Notes under the pieces: model-generated
The model's database searches: none
The model's input: only the letters and a program-made list of their open reading frames with translations
What the model was told of the DNA's origin: nothing
NCBI GenBank assembly: GCA_045863235.1
Contig: BTUM01000135.1
Coordinates: forward strand, 1 to 13,034
Reading direction: 5' to 3'
DNA: 13,034 nt
Origin: Candidatus Xenobia bacterium
GTDB lineage: Bacteria > Vulcanimicrobiota > Xenobia > Xenobiales > QWHO01
Position numbers and translations under genes: made by a program
Shown: positions 5,392-13,034 of the stretch, piece by piece
How positions within the stretch are numbered: position 1 is the stretch's first letter
Layout of the letters: every line of letters begins with the position of its first letter

Positions 5392-8351
5392 GCGCTCTCG
5401 AAGGTCCTCCGGCCGTGCTCGGTGGCCAGCGCGGCCGCGCCGGCGCCGCGGATGACGTCGCCCAGGTCTTCTTCCTCGCCCCCCACCAGCTGCACCCGGC
5501 TCGAGCGCCAGCCCCAGTCGAGCCGGTTCTCGGCGCCCTCGCGCCCGTCGACCAGACCGTTGAACACGGCCCCGGCCAGGCGGCGCCCGAGAGTGACGTC
5601 TTTGGCCGTCAGCTTGCGGGCCTCGGCCTCCGACAGATGGGGGAAGTCGGCCTGCTCGTTCAGCTCGCGCGTCGCTTCGCGGGAGCGCCCGAGCAGGGCG
5701 GGGGCGGACTGCTCCTCGGCGGTGGCCAGGTTCAGGGCCAGCACCACCCGATCGTGATCTTGCCGGCTCAAGAACTCGGCCAGCTGGGGGGCAAAACGCT
5801 GGTAGTTGGCCCGGTTGTGGGCATCGAGCAGCCCCAGGTTGCCCGGGTCGAAGTTCAGCACGCTCAGGCTGAATTTCTCTCCGGTGGCCGGGTCGGGCGC
5901 CTCGTAGTGGGCCGGCAGCACGACCAGCGCGTCCTTGCTGCCCGGCGTGGCGGTCGAGACGGGCAGGTTGTCCACCACTCCACCATCGCATAGCTGCAGG
6001 CGGTAGCGCTGGTCCTTGCGGGCCACCTCCATCTGGGGGGCCGAGAAGAACCCCGGTACGGCGGCCGAGGCGATGATGGCTCCGATCACGTCGAAGTTGG
6101 GCGTGGTCTCGGCCGACATGACCAGGCGCCCATCGCCGTCGATGGCTTTGAAGAGGGGATCCGACGGTGGCAGGTCGGTGTTCAGGGCCACCCCCATGAC
6201 CTTCAGCTTGTAAGGCAGGTCGCGGAACAAGATGGGCCGTCCCTCGATGCCGAGCTTCTTGGAGAACAGCTCGTAGAGAGTCTGGTACATCTTCTGCTGG
6301 GAGAAGAGCCCCGTGCGGTTGATCCCGCGCACCTTGGGATCCACCCCGCCCATCAGCCAGACGGCATCGGAGTTGAATTTCTTGAAGTCGAGCTCGGTCA
6401 GGATGGCGCTCAGCTCCTCCACCGAGAAGCCAGCCGCCATCACGCCGGCAGTGATGGCGCCGGCCGAGGTGCCGATGAACTCGTCCACCGCAAAGCGTCC
6501 CGGGGAGGCGTCCAGGGCCGAGCGCAGCTCCTTGAGGCACTGCACGTAGCAAAAGCCTTTGCCGCCCCCGCCCTCGAGCACCATGGAGACCTTCTTGGGG
6601 TCGCCCGTGCCCTGGCCGAGCAGGTCCACCCGGTCGGGGCCCGCGCCCAGGATGGTGACCATTTCCGGGGTCTTGCCCGGGTCAAAGTACTCGCTGATGG
6701 CCAGGGCGTTCTTCTTGAAGCAGGCCGCCCCCTCGAGCAGCCCCAGGTCGACGTCCCCGTAGCGGCGCTGGCTGGTGGCCATCCACCCCACCAGGTCGCG
6801 GTGGCGGTCGACCTGCTCCAGCACGCCTTTCTCCAGAGGGCTCGCCATGGCCAGCTCGCGCAGCTGGGCCAGGGCCGGCCCCGATTCGGACAGGTTGTCC
6901 AGATCCAGGCCCGGGTAGTCCTGGCCGAGCAGCTGGCGCAGACCTTCCTCGCGCCGGCGTAGAGCCGGCCTGGCAGCGCTCAGCTCTTGCTCGAGGCAGC
7001 TCATCAGCTGGCGGCGCTCGGCGATGCCCAGGCCGTTGAGGGTGTGATCCACGACCTCGCCCAGGGCGATGGCCCGGTCGTAGGGGCGCAGCACGGTGGC
7101 CGGAGGGTCGCCCTGCAGGGCGGCCAGCACCGGGGCGTCGGGGGGAGTGACCCCGTTGAGGTTGAGCTCCACCCAGGCCCGCGCCAGCGGGCGGAAGAGC
7201 TGCTCGCGGCGCTCCGAGCCGGCCTCGCGCATCAGCTTGATCCAGTGGCTCTGCACCCCGGACAAAAGATCGCGGTCCAGGGCCACGGCCGCGTCGGCAA
7301 ACTCCTCCACCCGACCCGAGGCCAGGCCCTTGAGGCTGTCGAAGGCGCGGTCGATCCCCGGGGGCGAGGGCCAGGGCCCCAGGCCCTCCTGGCCCCCCAG
7401 CCAGGGCGGGGTCAGGTCTTGCTTGATGGCGCCCACGCGCTGGTGCAGGGCGGGATTGCTCTGCTCCATCCAGGGCTCGAGTTTGCGGTAGAAGCTGTCG
7501 AGCCGGGTGGTCAGCCAGCTATAGTAGAGTCCGGCGTGGCTGAAGCCGCCCGACCCCAGCGAGTTGCCCCGCTCCACCAGCGAGCTGACGGTCTCCTTGG
7601 CCAGGTATTCGGCCGAGCTGTAGCCGATCGGATCGCCGTCCAGGTCGATGAAGACCGGGAAGGCGCCCTTGGCGATCTTGTTCTCAAGGCAGGTCCAGAC
7701 CCAGCTGCGGTCGTCCTCGGGGGGATAGGGGTTCTGAGCCGGACGCTGGGGCGAGTTCCACAGGTCCATGACCGCCTGGGAGTCCTTCTCGCGCCCTTCG
7801 CCCAGGTAGACGTAGGCCGCGTCGGGCGAGCCGGGCTGGCTGAAGGTCGCCTCCGAGAGCTGGCGCAGGAAGCGGGGAACCTGCTTGACGCCCTGGGCGT
7901 CGATCTGGGGGGAGAGCATCTTGTAGAGGTGCTCGTCGATGCTGACCAGGTCCTTGACCGACAGGCCCACCGAACGCTCGGCCGCCGGACCGGCCAGCTC
8001 GGCCAGCGAGTTGACCCCGCGCGCAAAGAGCGAGGGCGTGCGGGTGCGCAGCCAGTCGACCGCGCTCAGCTTGCGGCCGCCCGGCAGCATGCCTTCCACC
8101 CGGCAGGCCGACCAGGCCGCCGCCAGCGAGGCCAGGGTGGGCACGACGGCGATGGTGGTGCGACCGATTGCAGCCAGCTTGTCCAGGGCTCTGCGGTGCC
8201 ACGGTTTGGCGCTCGGCATCGGGGTGGCGGAGGAGGCTGGCTGAGCAGGCCCCCGGTACTGATCGGTGAGCGGGCTCTCCGCGCTGGCACGGCTCGGGCG
8301 GCTCAGCGGCGAGCTGGCGCGAACCGAGGCGGCCGGATCCAGGGGAACCAT
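5388..8351 (-). CDS. Patatin-like phospholipase (GGGxKG type, ExoU/VipD-like motif set) with ~590-aa uncharacterised N-terminal region
   Basis: GGGGKG at 6555-6572 (aa 594-599), nucleophile GTSAG at 6459-6473, ASAAVPGFF, and catalytic DGG at 5979-5987. Start lacks an obvious RBS. Confidence 0.9.
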   Translation of the reverse strand: MVPLDPAASVRASSPLSRPSRASAESPLTDQYRGPAQPASSATPMPSAKPWHRRALDKLAAIGRTTIAVVPTLASLAAAWSACRVEGMLPGGRKLSAVDWLRTRTPSLFARGVNSLAELAGPAAERSVGLSVKDLVSIDEHLYKMLSPQIDAQGVKQVPRFLRQLSEATFSQPGSPDAAYVYLGEGREKDSQAVMDLWNSPQRPAQNPYPPEDDRSWVWTCLENKIAKGAFPVFIDLDGDPIGYSSAEYLAKETVSSLVERGNSLGSGGFSHAGLYYSWLTTRLDSFYRKLEPWMEQSNPALHQRVGAIKQDLTPPWLGGQEGLGPWPSPPGIDRAFDSLKGLASGRVEEFADAAVALDRDLLSGVQSHWIKLMREAGSERREQLFRPLARAWVELNLNGVTPPDAPVLAALQGDPPATVLRPYDRAIALGEVVDHTLNGLGIAERRQLMSCLEQELSAARPALRRREEGLRQLLGQDYPGLDLDNLSESGPALAQLRELAMASPLEKGVLEQVDRHRDLVGWMATSQRRYGDVDLGLLEGAACFKKNALAISEYFDPGKTPEMVTILGAGPDRVDLLGQGTGDPKKVSMVLEGGGGKGFCYVQCLKELRSALDASPGRFAVDEFIGTSAGAITAGVMAAGFSVEELSAILTELDFKKFNSDAVWLMGGVDPKVRGINRTGLFSQQKMYQTLYELFSKKLGIEGRPILFRDLPYKLKVMGVALNTDLPPSDPLFKAIDGDGRLVMSAETTPNFDVIGAIIASAAVPGFFSAPQMEVARKDQRYRLQLCDGGVVDNLPVSTATPGSKDALVVLPAHYEAPDPATGEKFSLSVLNFDPGNLGLLDAHNRANYQRFAPQLAEFLSRQDHDRVVLALNLATAEEQSAPALLGRSREATRELNEQADFPHLSEAEARKLTAKDVTLGRRLAGAVFNGLVDGREGAENRLDWGWRSSRVQLVGGEEEDLGDVIRGAGAAALATEHGRRTFESA

Positions 8352-8378
8352 CTGGCATGATTCGGGTGAGCTTCGACT

Positions 8379-8407
8379 GCGCCCTGCTCGAGGAAAGAGC
8401 AGGGCGC
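8379..8407. repeat. Perfect 11-bp inverted repeat in a divergent intergenic region
   Basis: GCGCCCTGCTC-gaggaaa-GAGCAGGGCGC, flanked by TTCGAC (8372-8377) and GTCGAA (8413-8418). Confidence 0.75.
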
Positions 8408-8430
8408 TCGACGTCGAATCGACGGGGCGT

Positions 8431-8925
8431 ATGCTTGGTGTATTTTGCGAGCCAAACTTCTATAAGCAGCTCGAGCTTCGGTCCACTGACTTCGGTCAGG
8501 GGGTGTTCACCCTGGAAGCCCTCAGCCCGGGTGAGGAGATCCTCTGTTTCGGCGGTCCGCGCGGAACGATGGCCGACATGAAGGACCTGGAGCACTCCAT
8601 CCAGATCGGACGCAACCTCTTTCTGGGCCCCTCGGGGCGAATGGATGACTACATCAATCACTCCTGTTGGCCCAACTGCGGGATCCGCCTGGCGGGAGAG
8701 CGGCTGGTCCTGGTGGCCATCGAGGCCATCGCGAGTGGTCGGGAGGTGACCTTCGACTACGCCACCTGCCTGGGTCCGGAGGATGACTGGGTCATGCGCT
8801 GTGGTTGCCGGACGGGCCGCTGCCGGGGGCTCATCTCGGCGCTCAGCCTGCCGCCCGAGACGCTGGAGCGTTACCGCGCCCTGGACGTCCTGCCCTTCTA
8901 CATCTTCCCGGAAGCCGCCCGCTGA
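8431..8925 (+). CDS. SET-domain protein-lysine methyltransferase with post-SET zinc motif
   Basis: GQGVF (GxG), YINHSCWPN (NHSCxPN), EVTFDY and post-SET CGCRTGRCRG. Start re-called to the ATG at 8431 (164 aa). The track's 8266 start overlaps the patatin gene. Confidence 0.93.
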   Translation: MLGVFCEPNFYKQLELRSTDFGQGVFTLEALSPGEEILCFGGPRGTMADMKDLEHSIQIGRNLFLGPSGRMDDYINHSCWPNCGIRLAGERLVLVAIEAIASGREVTFDYATCLGPEDDWVMRCGCRTGRCRGLISALSLPPETLERYRALDVLPFYIFPEAAR

Positions 8926-9002
8926 GCTTGCTCAGGCAGGGTGGCCGGGCAGAAGGACCGAAGGCGCGGCGGGAAAGGCCGTGCGGGTCGACAAGTTGTG
9001 CG

Positions 9003-9144
9003 GGAGATCCGGCCGCAAACCCCTTGGTGGTGGCGGAGGAGACCTCCGCCAGGATACTGCGGCCGGACCGCTGCGCTCCTGGAGATCCGGCCGCCTGCAC
9101 AATCTCTCGTGGAGGACCCCACGAGGGATTTGCGGCCGGGCTTC
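9003..9144. repeat. Cluster of four alternating-orientation CCGGCCGC-core repeats forming two nested stem-loop units (REP/BIME-like element or structured RNA)
   Basis: Direct repeat GGAGATCCGGCCGC at 9003-9016 and 9081-9094. Stems 9008-9017/9058-9067, 9031-9039/9043-9051, 9086-9094/9132-9140 and 9101-9112/9119-9130. Confidence 0.75.
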
Positions 9145-9172
9145 TGGCCCGCGGGCACGAGGATTCTTCCCG

Positions 9173-12100
9173 ATGAAGAGAACCGAAGCTGGGGCGCTGC
9201 GCAGCCTTTTGGACTTTCTGGCTCAGGTGGCGGGCCAGTGGGGCCCGGGACCCTGGAGTCAGGCTATTGCTTCCCTGCAAGAGACTCCCGCCCTGGCCGG
9301 CCTGGTTTCCGACTCGCCCCCGCCCGGCCTCGAGCCCCTCGACAGCTGGCTCTCGCTGCGCCTGACCCCGGCCCAATGGGAGGCCGCTCGGGCCACGGAG
9401 AGTCGGGCTCTATCGGTCATCGTCGGGGCGGTCGGCTCGGGCAAGAATCACCTGGCCGCCATGCTCGCCGGCTACTGGCTGTCCAAGCAGAAGCGGGTTC
9501 TGGTCACCTCCGACTGTCCCCGGGCTCTGGAGAGGCTGCGCCAGGCCGAATTGCCCGCTCCCCCGGCGGCGGCGGCCGAGCTCATGCGCCGGCTGGCCCG
9601 GCTGGAGGAGCAGCAGCTCGAGCATGTCCGCCAGATCTGGGAGTTGTCCGAGGCCTCCCGACTGGCCCGGGCCAGCGCCGGCAAGCACGACTGGATCCCG
9701 GGGCCCATTCAGGGCTCGGGCGAGCTGCCGCTGACCCCGTCCGAGGTGGACGAGCTCTACAACTGGAACGTCGGAGCCGAGCTGGAGTCAACCCTGCACG
9801 GCTCTCTGCCCGACCCTGCCCGGCTGATGACCGAGGCCGACCTGGCGCGCCTCAAAGAGCTCGAGGCTCCCTTCCGCGATTACTCCGACGAGATCTTCTG
9901 GCAGAACGACCTCCACTCCGAGGAGGCTCTGCAGGCCCTGCACGTGGCCTGTCGACGGGCCTCGGAAGCCATGGAGGAGGCCGAGGACTGGTGGCTCGAG
10001 GCGGCCTGGGAGGTGCGCCGCAACTCCGAGAACGGACTCTGCTTCGAAGACCTGTCCCGCGAGCTGATGCGCCTGCAAAGAAGCCGCGATGAGCTGAGCG
10101 CCCAACTCGGCGACTTCACCGCCGACCTCTCTCCCACCATCCCGCTGGCCGAGCAGCAGGCGATGGCTCAAGACCTGCTCAACGCAGTCGCGTCCCGAGG
10201 CTCGCTGGGCTGGGCCACCACCGCCTTCAAGCCGCGCTGGAAGAAATTCCTCGAGACCACCCGGGTCAACGGAGAGCGCCCAAGCACCGCCGACGACTTT
10301 CGCAAGCTGGCCCTCTTTCTCGAGCGGCGCCAGTTGCTGGACGCGGCTGTGCATGCCGCCGATGAGGAGATCGAGCGGCTATGCGGTTATCCCCCCCATC
10401 CGCCGGGGCTTGATCGCACCCAGCTTGTCAAAAGCGCCGTGCGCTTTCACCGCGACTACTTCGCCGAGTTCGAGAAATGCGCCAGCGTGGCCGGGTTGCG
10501 TTGGGAGAAGGCTCTCAGCCACACCACCCGCGTGAAGCTGGGGCCGGGCGGCGAGCTGAAGCTGCTGCGCACCGCCATCCAGAGCGGTCTGCTGGCCATG
10601 ATCGCTCGACGCATCGTCTACCTGGAGCTGGTGGAGTTGCGCCGGCGCGAGGAGCGGACACTGGGCTGGGTGCCGGCCACCAGGACGGTGGGCAAGGCCC
10701 GGGATGCCCGCGACCTGCGGGCCGGGCTGCGTGCCGCCGTGGTGGGGCGCGACGTGGACAGTTATCGGGAGCTGCTGGCCCGGCTGCGGGAGCTTGTCGA
10801 GCTGAAGCCTCTTTACGAGCGGCGCAAGGAGTTGCTGGGCCGGCTGGCCCAGGTGGCTCCTGCCTGGGCTGAGGCGATCCAGGAGGCCGGCCCCGGGCAC
10901 GACTCCGGCCGAGTCCCCGGTGAAGTGGAGGCCGCCTGGGCCTACCGTCTGGGGCAGCAGAGGCTGGGAACGTCGCGCCCGCAGGCGGCCGACAGCTATA
11001 TCTCGGATTTCGTCCGGCGCCTGCGCGACGAGCTGTCGACGGGAGCCCTGACCGAGGTGGACGGCTTGCTGATCGCCAGCCCCGAGGTGGCCCTCGAGGT
11101 GCGCGAGCAATTTGACCTGCTGATCATCCTGCAGGCCGGACGCTCTCCGCTACCGCACGCTCTCATGCTCAGCCTGGCCGAACGGGCGGTCGTTCTGGGG
11201 GATCTGTCCCAGTGTCAGGCCGAACCTGCCCGACGTCTGAGTGAGCTGGAGGCCAGGGCCCGCTCGTATTCACTCCCTGCCTACTGGGACGGGCTCCACC
11301 CCCTGCTGGCTCTGGTCCCACCCGCGGCCCGGCTGACCGAGAGTCTGCGGTTGCGGCCTCGCGTGGTGGAGGTCTTGTCGGCTCTCGGCTCGACTGTTTC
11401 GGTGGGATATCACCTCAGCGATCTGCCCGGCCCGGCCCTGGTCGAATCGGTCGCTGCCGCTGATCAGCTTGAGTGCCATGCAGCCTCGCTGACTCTGGCT
11501 TTGCTCCGACAACCAGAGCATTCACATCGCGCCGTGAGCCTGATCGGCCTGGCGGGGTCGCGCCAGGCACTTCGATTGAAGGCCTTGTTGGCCGAGGATC
11601 TGGAGGAGTCCGAGAAGCTTCGCCTGCAGGTCGGTTCGGCCGAAGAGCTGCAGGGTGGCCAGTCCGAGCTTGCAGTCGTGCTCTGCAGCGGGTTGCGCAG
11701 CAATCCCCAGGCCCGGCGCCGCCTGGAGGTCGCCCTCTCCCGGGCCTGTGAGCAGGTCTGGCTGGTGCACGAGCACGCCCGCCCTAACGCCCTGGCAAGC
11801 GACGATCTGCGCCGCGCGCTGATTCAGGCGGTGCGAGAACCGGGTGGGTCGATCCAGTGGTCCGCCAGCCTGCGTGGCTTGATCGGGCAGGGCCTGACTG
11901 ACTTCGGGCTGCGGCCCCGTCCGGTGGGTCCCTGGGGTCTGGCGGTCGGTCGCCAGATGTTGCTCTGCTACGGCGAGAAGCGCCCGGAGAGCGAAGACCT
12001 GGCCTGGGAGAACACTTTGGAGCGTCTGGGCTGGCAACTCGAGCGGCTGTCGGGTCAGGCCTACTGGGAGGATCCCCGGGGCTTTCTGAGCGAGCTGCGG

Positions 12101-13034
12101 GGCCGTCTGCTGGCCCCGGGACCGGACGCCGGTCTGGAGCAACAGGTCGAGCGCGCCGCCGAAGCCATTCGAGGCCGCTGGCCCCGCCTGAGCGATCCCG
12201 CTGACGGTGTCGAATGGGATGTGAGCGCCTTTTCTCCCGCCTGGCGCGAGCAGGCCGAGCAGTTGCTCAGCCTGCCGGGTCTGGCCATCGAGCCCGGCGA
12301 GACGCTGCTGATCAGCTCGCGTGGTCAGCAGCTGGAGCTCACCTCTCCCGAGCGGGCGCTGACCCAGGCCCAGGAGTTCTTACGAGGGCTCGAGCTCGTT
12401 CCTCGCCCTGGATTGATCGCGCCCGGAGTGGAGCCAGACGAGGAGAGCGCGACCAACCCGGAGCCGGTCAAGGTAGAGATCGTCGCCAGCGATGAGGTGG
12501 AAAGCCAGGAGGTGACCGCCGCGGAGGCTACCCGGAGCGAGGTCGGCGCCGAGACGGGTCGCCAGGCCGGGGGCACGGCCCCTTTGCAGCCTGCCGACAA
12601 GGCGGTGGCACCTCCCGCCAGGAGCGGCTCCTCCGTCAAGCCACCCGCGGGCAAGACGGTGGCACCTCCCGCCAGGAGCGGCTCCTCCATCAAGCCACCT
12701 GCCGGGAAGACGGTGGCGCCTCCCTCCCGGAGCGGCTCCTCCGTCAAGCCGCCCGCCGGGAAGACGGTGGCGCCTCCCGCCCGGAGCGGCTCCTCCGTCA
12801 AGCCGCCCGCCGGCAAGACGGTGGCACCTCCCGCCAGGAGCGGCTCCGTTCAACCGCCTGCCAGCAAGACAGCAGCGCCCGTCGAGGAGCCTGCCAGCAA
12901 GACGGTGGCTCCACCCTCCCGCAGCGGCTCCTCTGTCAGGCCACCCGCCGGCAAGACGGTGGCGCCTCCCGCCCGGAGCGGCTCCTCCGTCAAGCCCCCT
13001 GCCGGCTCGACGGGGGCGCCTCCCTCGCGGAGCG
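9173..13034 (+). CDS. Large (>1287 aa, 3'-truncated by window) degenerate SF1/Upf1-like helicase with Vsr/DUF559-like domain remnant and low-complexity repeat tail
   Basis: Manually translated with no stop from ATG 9173 (GAGGA at 9159-9163) to the window end, which probably explains its absence from the track. Motifs in SF1 order: LTPAQW (Q-motif), GAVGSGKN (9425-9448), KRVLVTS, FDLLIILQA (11111), LGDLSQ (11195), LTESLR, LQGGQ (11648), RLEVALSRA (11720), then LERLGW..R (12017). Confidence 0.85.
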   Translation, partial: MKRTEAGALRSLLDFLAQVAGQWGPGPWSQAIASLQETPALAGLVSDSPPPGLEPLDSWLSLRLTPAQWEAARATESRALSVIVGAVGSGKNHLAAMLAGYWLSKQKRVLVTSDCPRALERLRQAELPAPPAAAAELMRRLARLEEQQLEHVRQIWELSEASRLARASAGKHDWIPGPIQGSGELPLTPSEVDELYNWNVGAELESTLHGSLPDPARLMTEADLARLKELEAPFRDYSDEIFWQNDLHSEEALQALHVACRRASEAMEEAEDWWLEAAWEVRRNSENGLCFEDLSRELMRLQRSRDELSAQLGDFTADLSPTIPLAEQQAMAQDLLNAVASRGSLGWATTAFKPRWKKFLETTRVNGERPSTADDFRKLALFLERRQLLDAAVHAADEEIERLCGYPPHPPGLDRTQLVKSAVRFHRDYFAEFEKCASVAGLRWEKALSHTTRVKLGPGGELKLLRTAIQSGLLAMIARRIVYLELVELRRREERTLGWVPATRTVGKARDARDLRAGLRAAVVGRDVDSYRELLARLRELVELKPLYERRKELLGRLAQVAPAWAEAIQEAGPGHDSGRVPGEVEAAWAYRLGQQRLGTSRPQAADSYISDFVRRLRDELSTGALTEVDGLLIASPEVALEVREQFDLLIILQAGRSPLPHALMLSLAERAVVLGDLSQCQAEPARRLSELEARARSYSLPAYWDGLHPLLALVPPAARLTESLRLRPRVVEVLSALGSTVSVGYHLSDLPGPALVESVAAADQLECHAASLTLALLRQPEHSHRAVSLIGLAGSRQALRLKALLAEDLEESEKLRLQVGSAEELQGGQSELAVVLCSGLRSNPQARRRLEVALSRACEQVWLVHEHARPNALASDDLRRALIQAVREPGGSIQWSASLRGLIGQGLTDFGLRPRPVGPWGLAVGRQMLLCYGEKRPESEDLAWENTLERLGWQLERLSGQAYWEDPRGFLSELRGRLLAPGPDAGLEQQVERAAEAIRGRWPRLSDPADGVEWDVSAFSPAWREQAEQLLSLPGLAIEPGETLLISSRGQQLELTSPERALTQAQEFLRGLELVPRPGLIAPGVEPDEESATNPEPVKVEIVASDEVESQEVTAAEATRSEVGAETGRQAGGTAPLQPADKAVAPPARSGSSVKPPAGKTVAPPARSGSSIKPPAGKTVAPPSRSGSSVKPPAGKTVAPPARSGSSVKPPAGKTVAPPARSGSVQPPASKTAAPVEEPASKTVAPPSRSGSSVRPPAGKTVAPPARSGSSVKPPAGSTGAPPSRS
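12590..13034 (+). repeat. 54-bp coding tandem repeat (18 aa, PAGKTVAPPARSGSSVKP), continuing past the window end
   Basis: Units start at 12590, 12644, 12698, 12752, 12806 (17 aa), 12857 (11-aa variant), 12890, 12944 and 12998 (partial). Many differences between units are synonymous. Confidence 0.95.

Noticed and set aside
5392..6552. N-terminal extension of the 513-aa track ORF 5011..6552
   Set aside because: Out-of-frame overlap with the patatin catalytic domain with Arg/Gly-rich junk composition. Only 5011..5391 looks real.
4189..8351. CBASS-like system (nucleotidyltransferase plus patatin effector)
   Set aside because: The NTase is a ~140-aa minimal MNT paired with HEPN, not a CD-NTase, and the patatin is on the opposite strand in a separate unit.
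6987..8360. 457-aa plus-strand ORF
   Set aside because: Antisense shadow of the patatin gene with no motifs.
8945..9040. c-di-GMP-I riboswitch (GAAA-containing loop followed by GCCGCAAA...GGTGGCGG)
   Set aside because: Only partial resemblance. The GGCAAA entry, junction spacing and tetraloop receptor are not found in the right arrangement. An Infernal/Rfam search would settle it.
8941..10092. 383-aa plus-strand ORF and other short track ORFs between 9259 and 12853
   Set aside because: Alternative-frame or antisense shadows of the long 9173 ORF, which carries the ordered helicase motifs.
10391..10397. C7 homopolymer as a phase-variation or frameshift site
   Set aside because: The frame is open through it (Pro-Pro-His), and C7 is unremarkable at this GC content.
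12590..13034. CRISPR array
   Set aside because: Units are contiguous with no unique spacers, vary at codon third positions, stay in frame, and no cas genes are present.

Overview
High-GC bacterial chromosomal window with no rRNA, tRNA, CRISPR array or transposase. Left to right: an AT-rich, C-tract-rich regulatory stretch (1-133); a 732-aa hypothetical protein with about 6 C-terminal ~22-aa repeats, overlapping a secreted SGNH/GDSL hydrolase; a minus-strand pair (pyridoxamine-5'-phosphate-oxidase-family protein, YciI); a 56-aa Cys-rich small protein followed by an MNT/HEPN (MntA/HepT-type) toxin-antitoxin pair; a minus-strand 987-aa patatin with a ~590-aa unrecognised N-terminus, coupled to a small membrane protein; a SET/post-SET methyltransferase; and a 247-bp intergenic region full of nested inverted repeats. 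The last feature is a >1287-codon ORF (9173 to past the window end) that is absent from the supplied ORF track. By manual translation it is an SF1 (Upf1-like) helicase plus Vsr/DUF559-like nuclease architecture whose catalytic motifs look degenerate, ending in a basic 18-aa tandem-repeat tail. The best candidate for an undescribed system is SET methyltransferase + structured spacer + pseudo-helicase with a Lys-rich, histone-tail-like repeat. That link is inference. All family calls come from motif recognition, not database searches.
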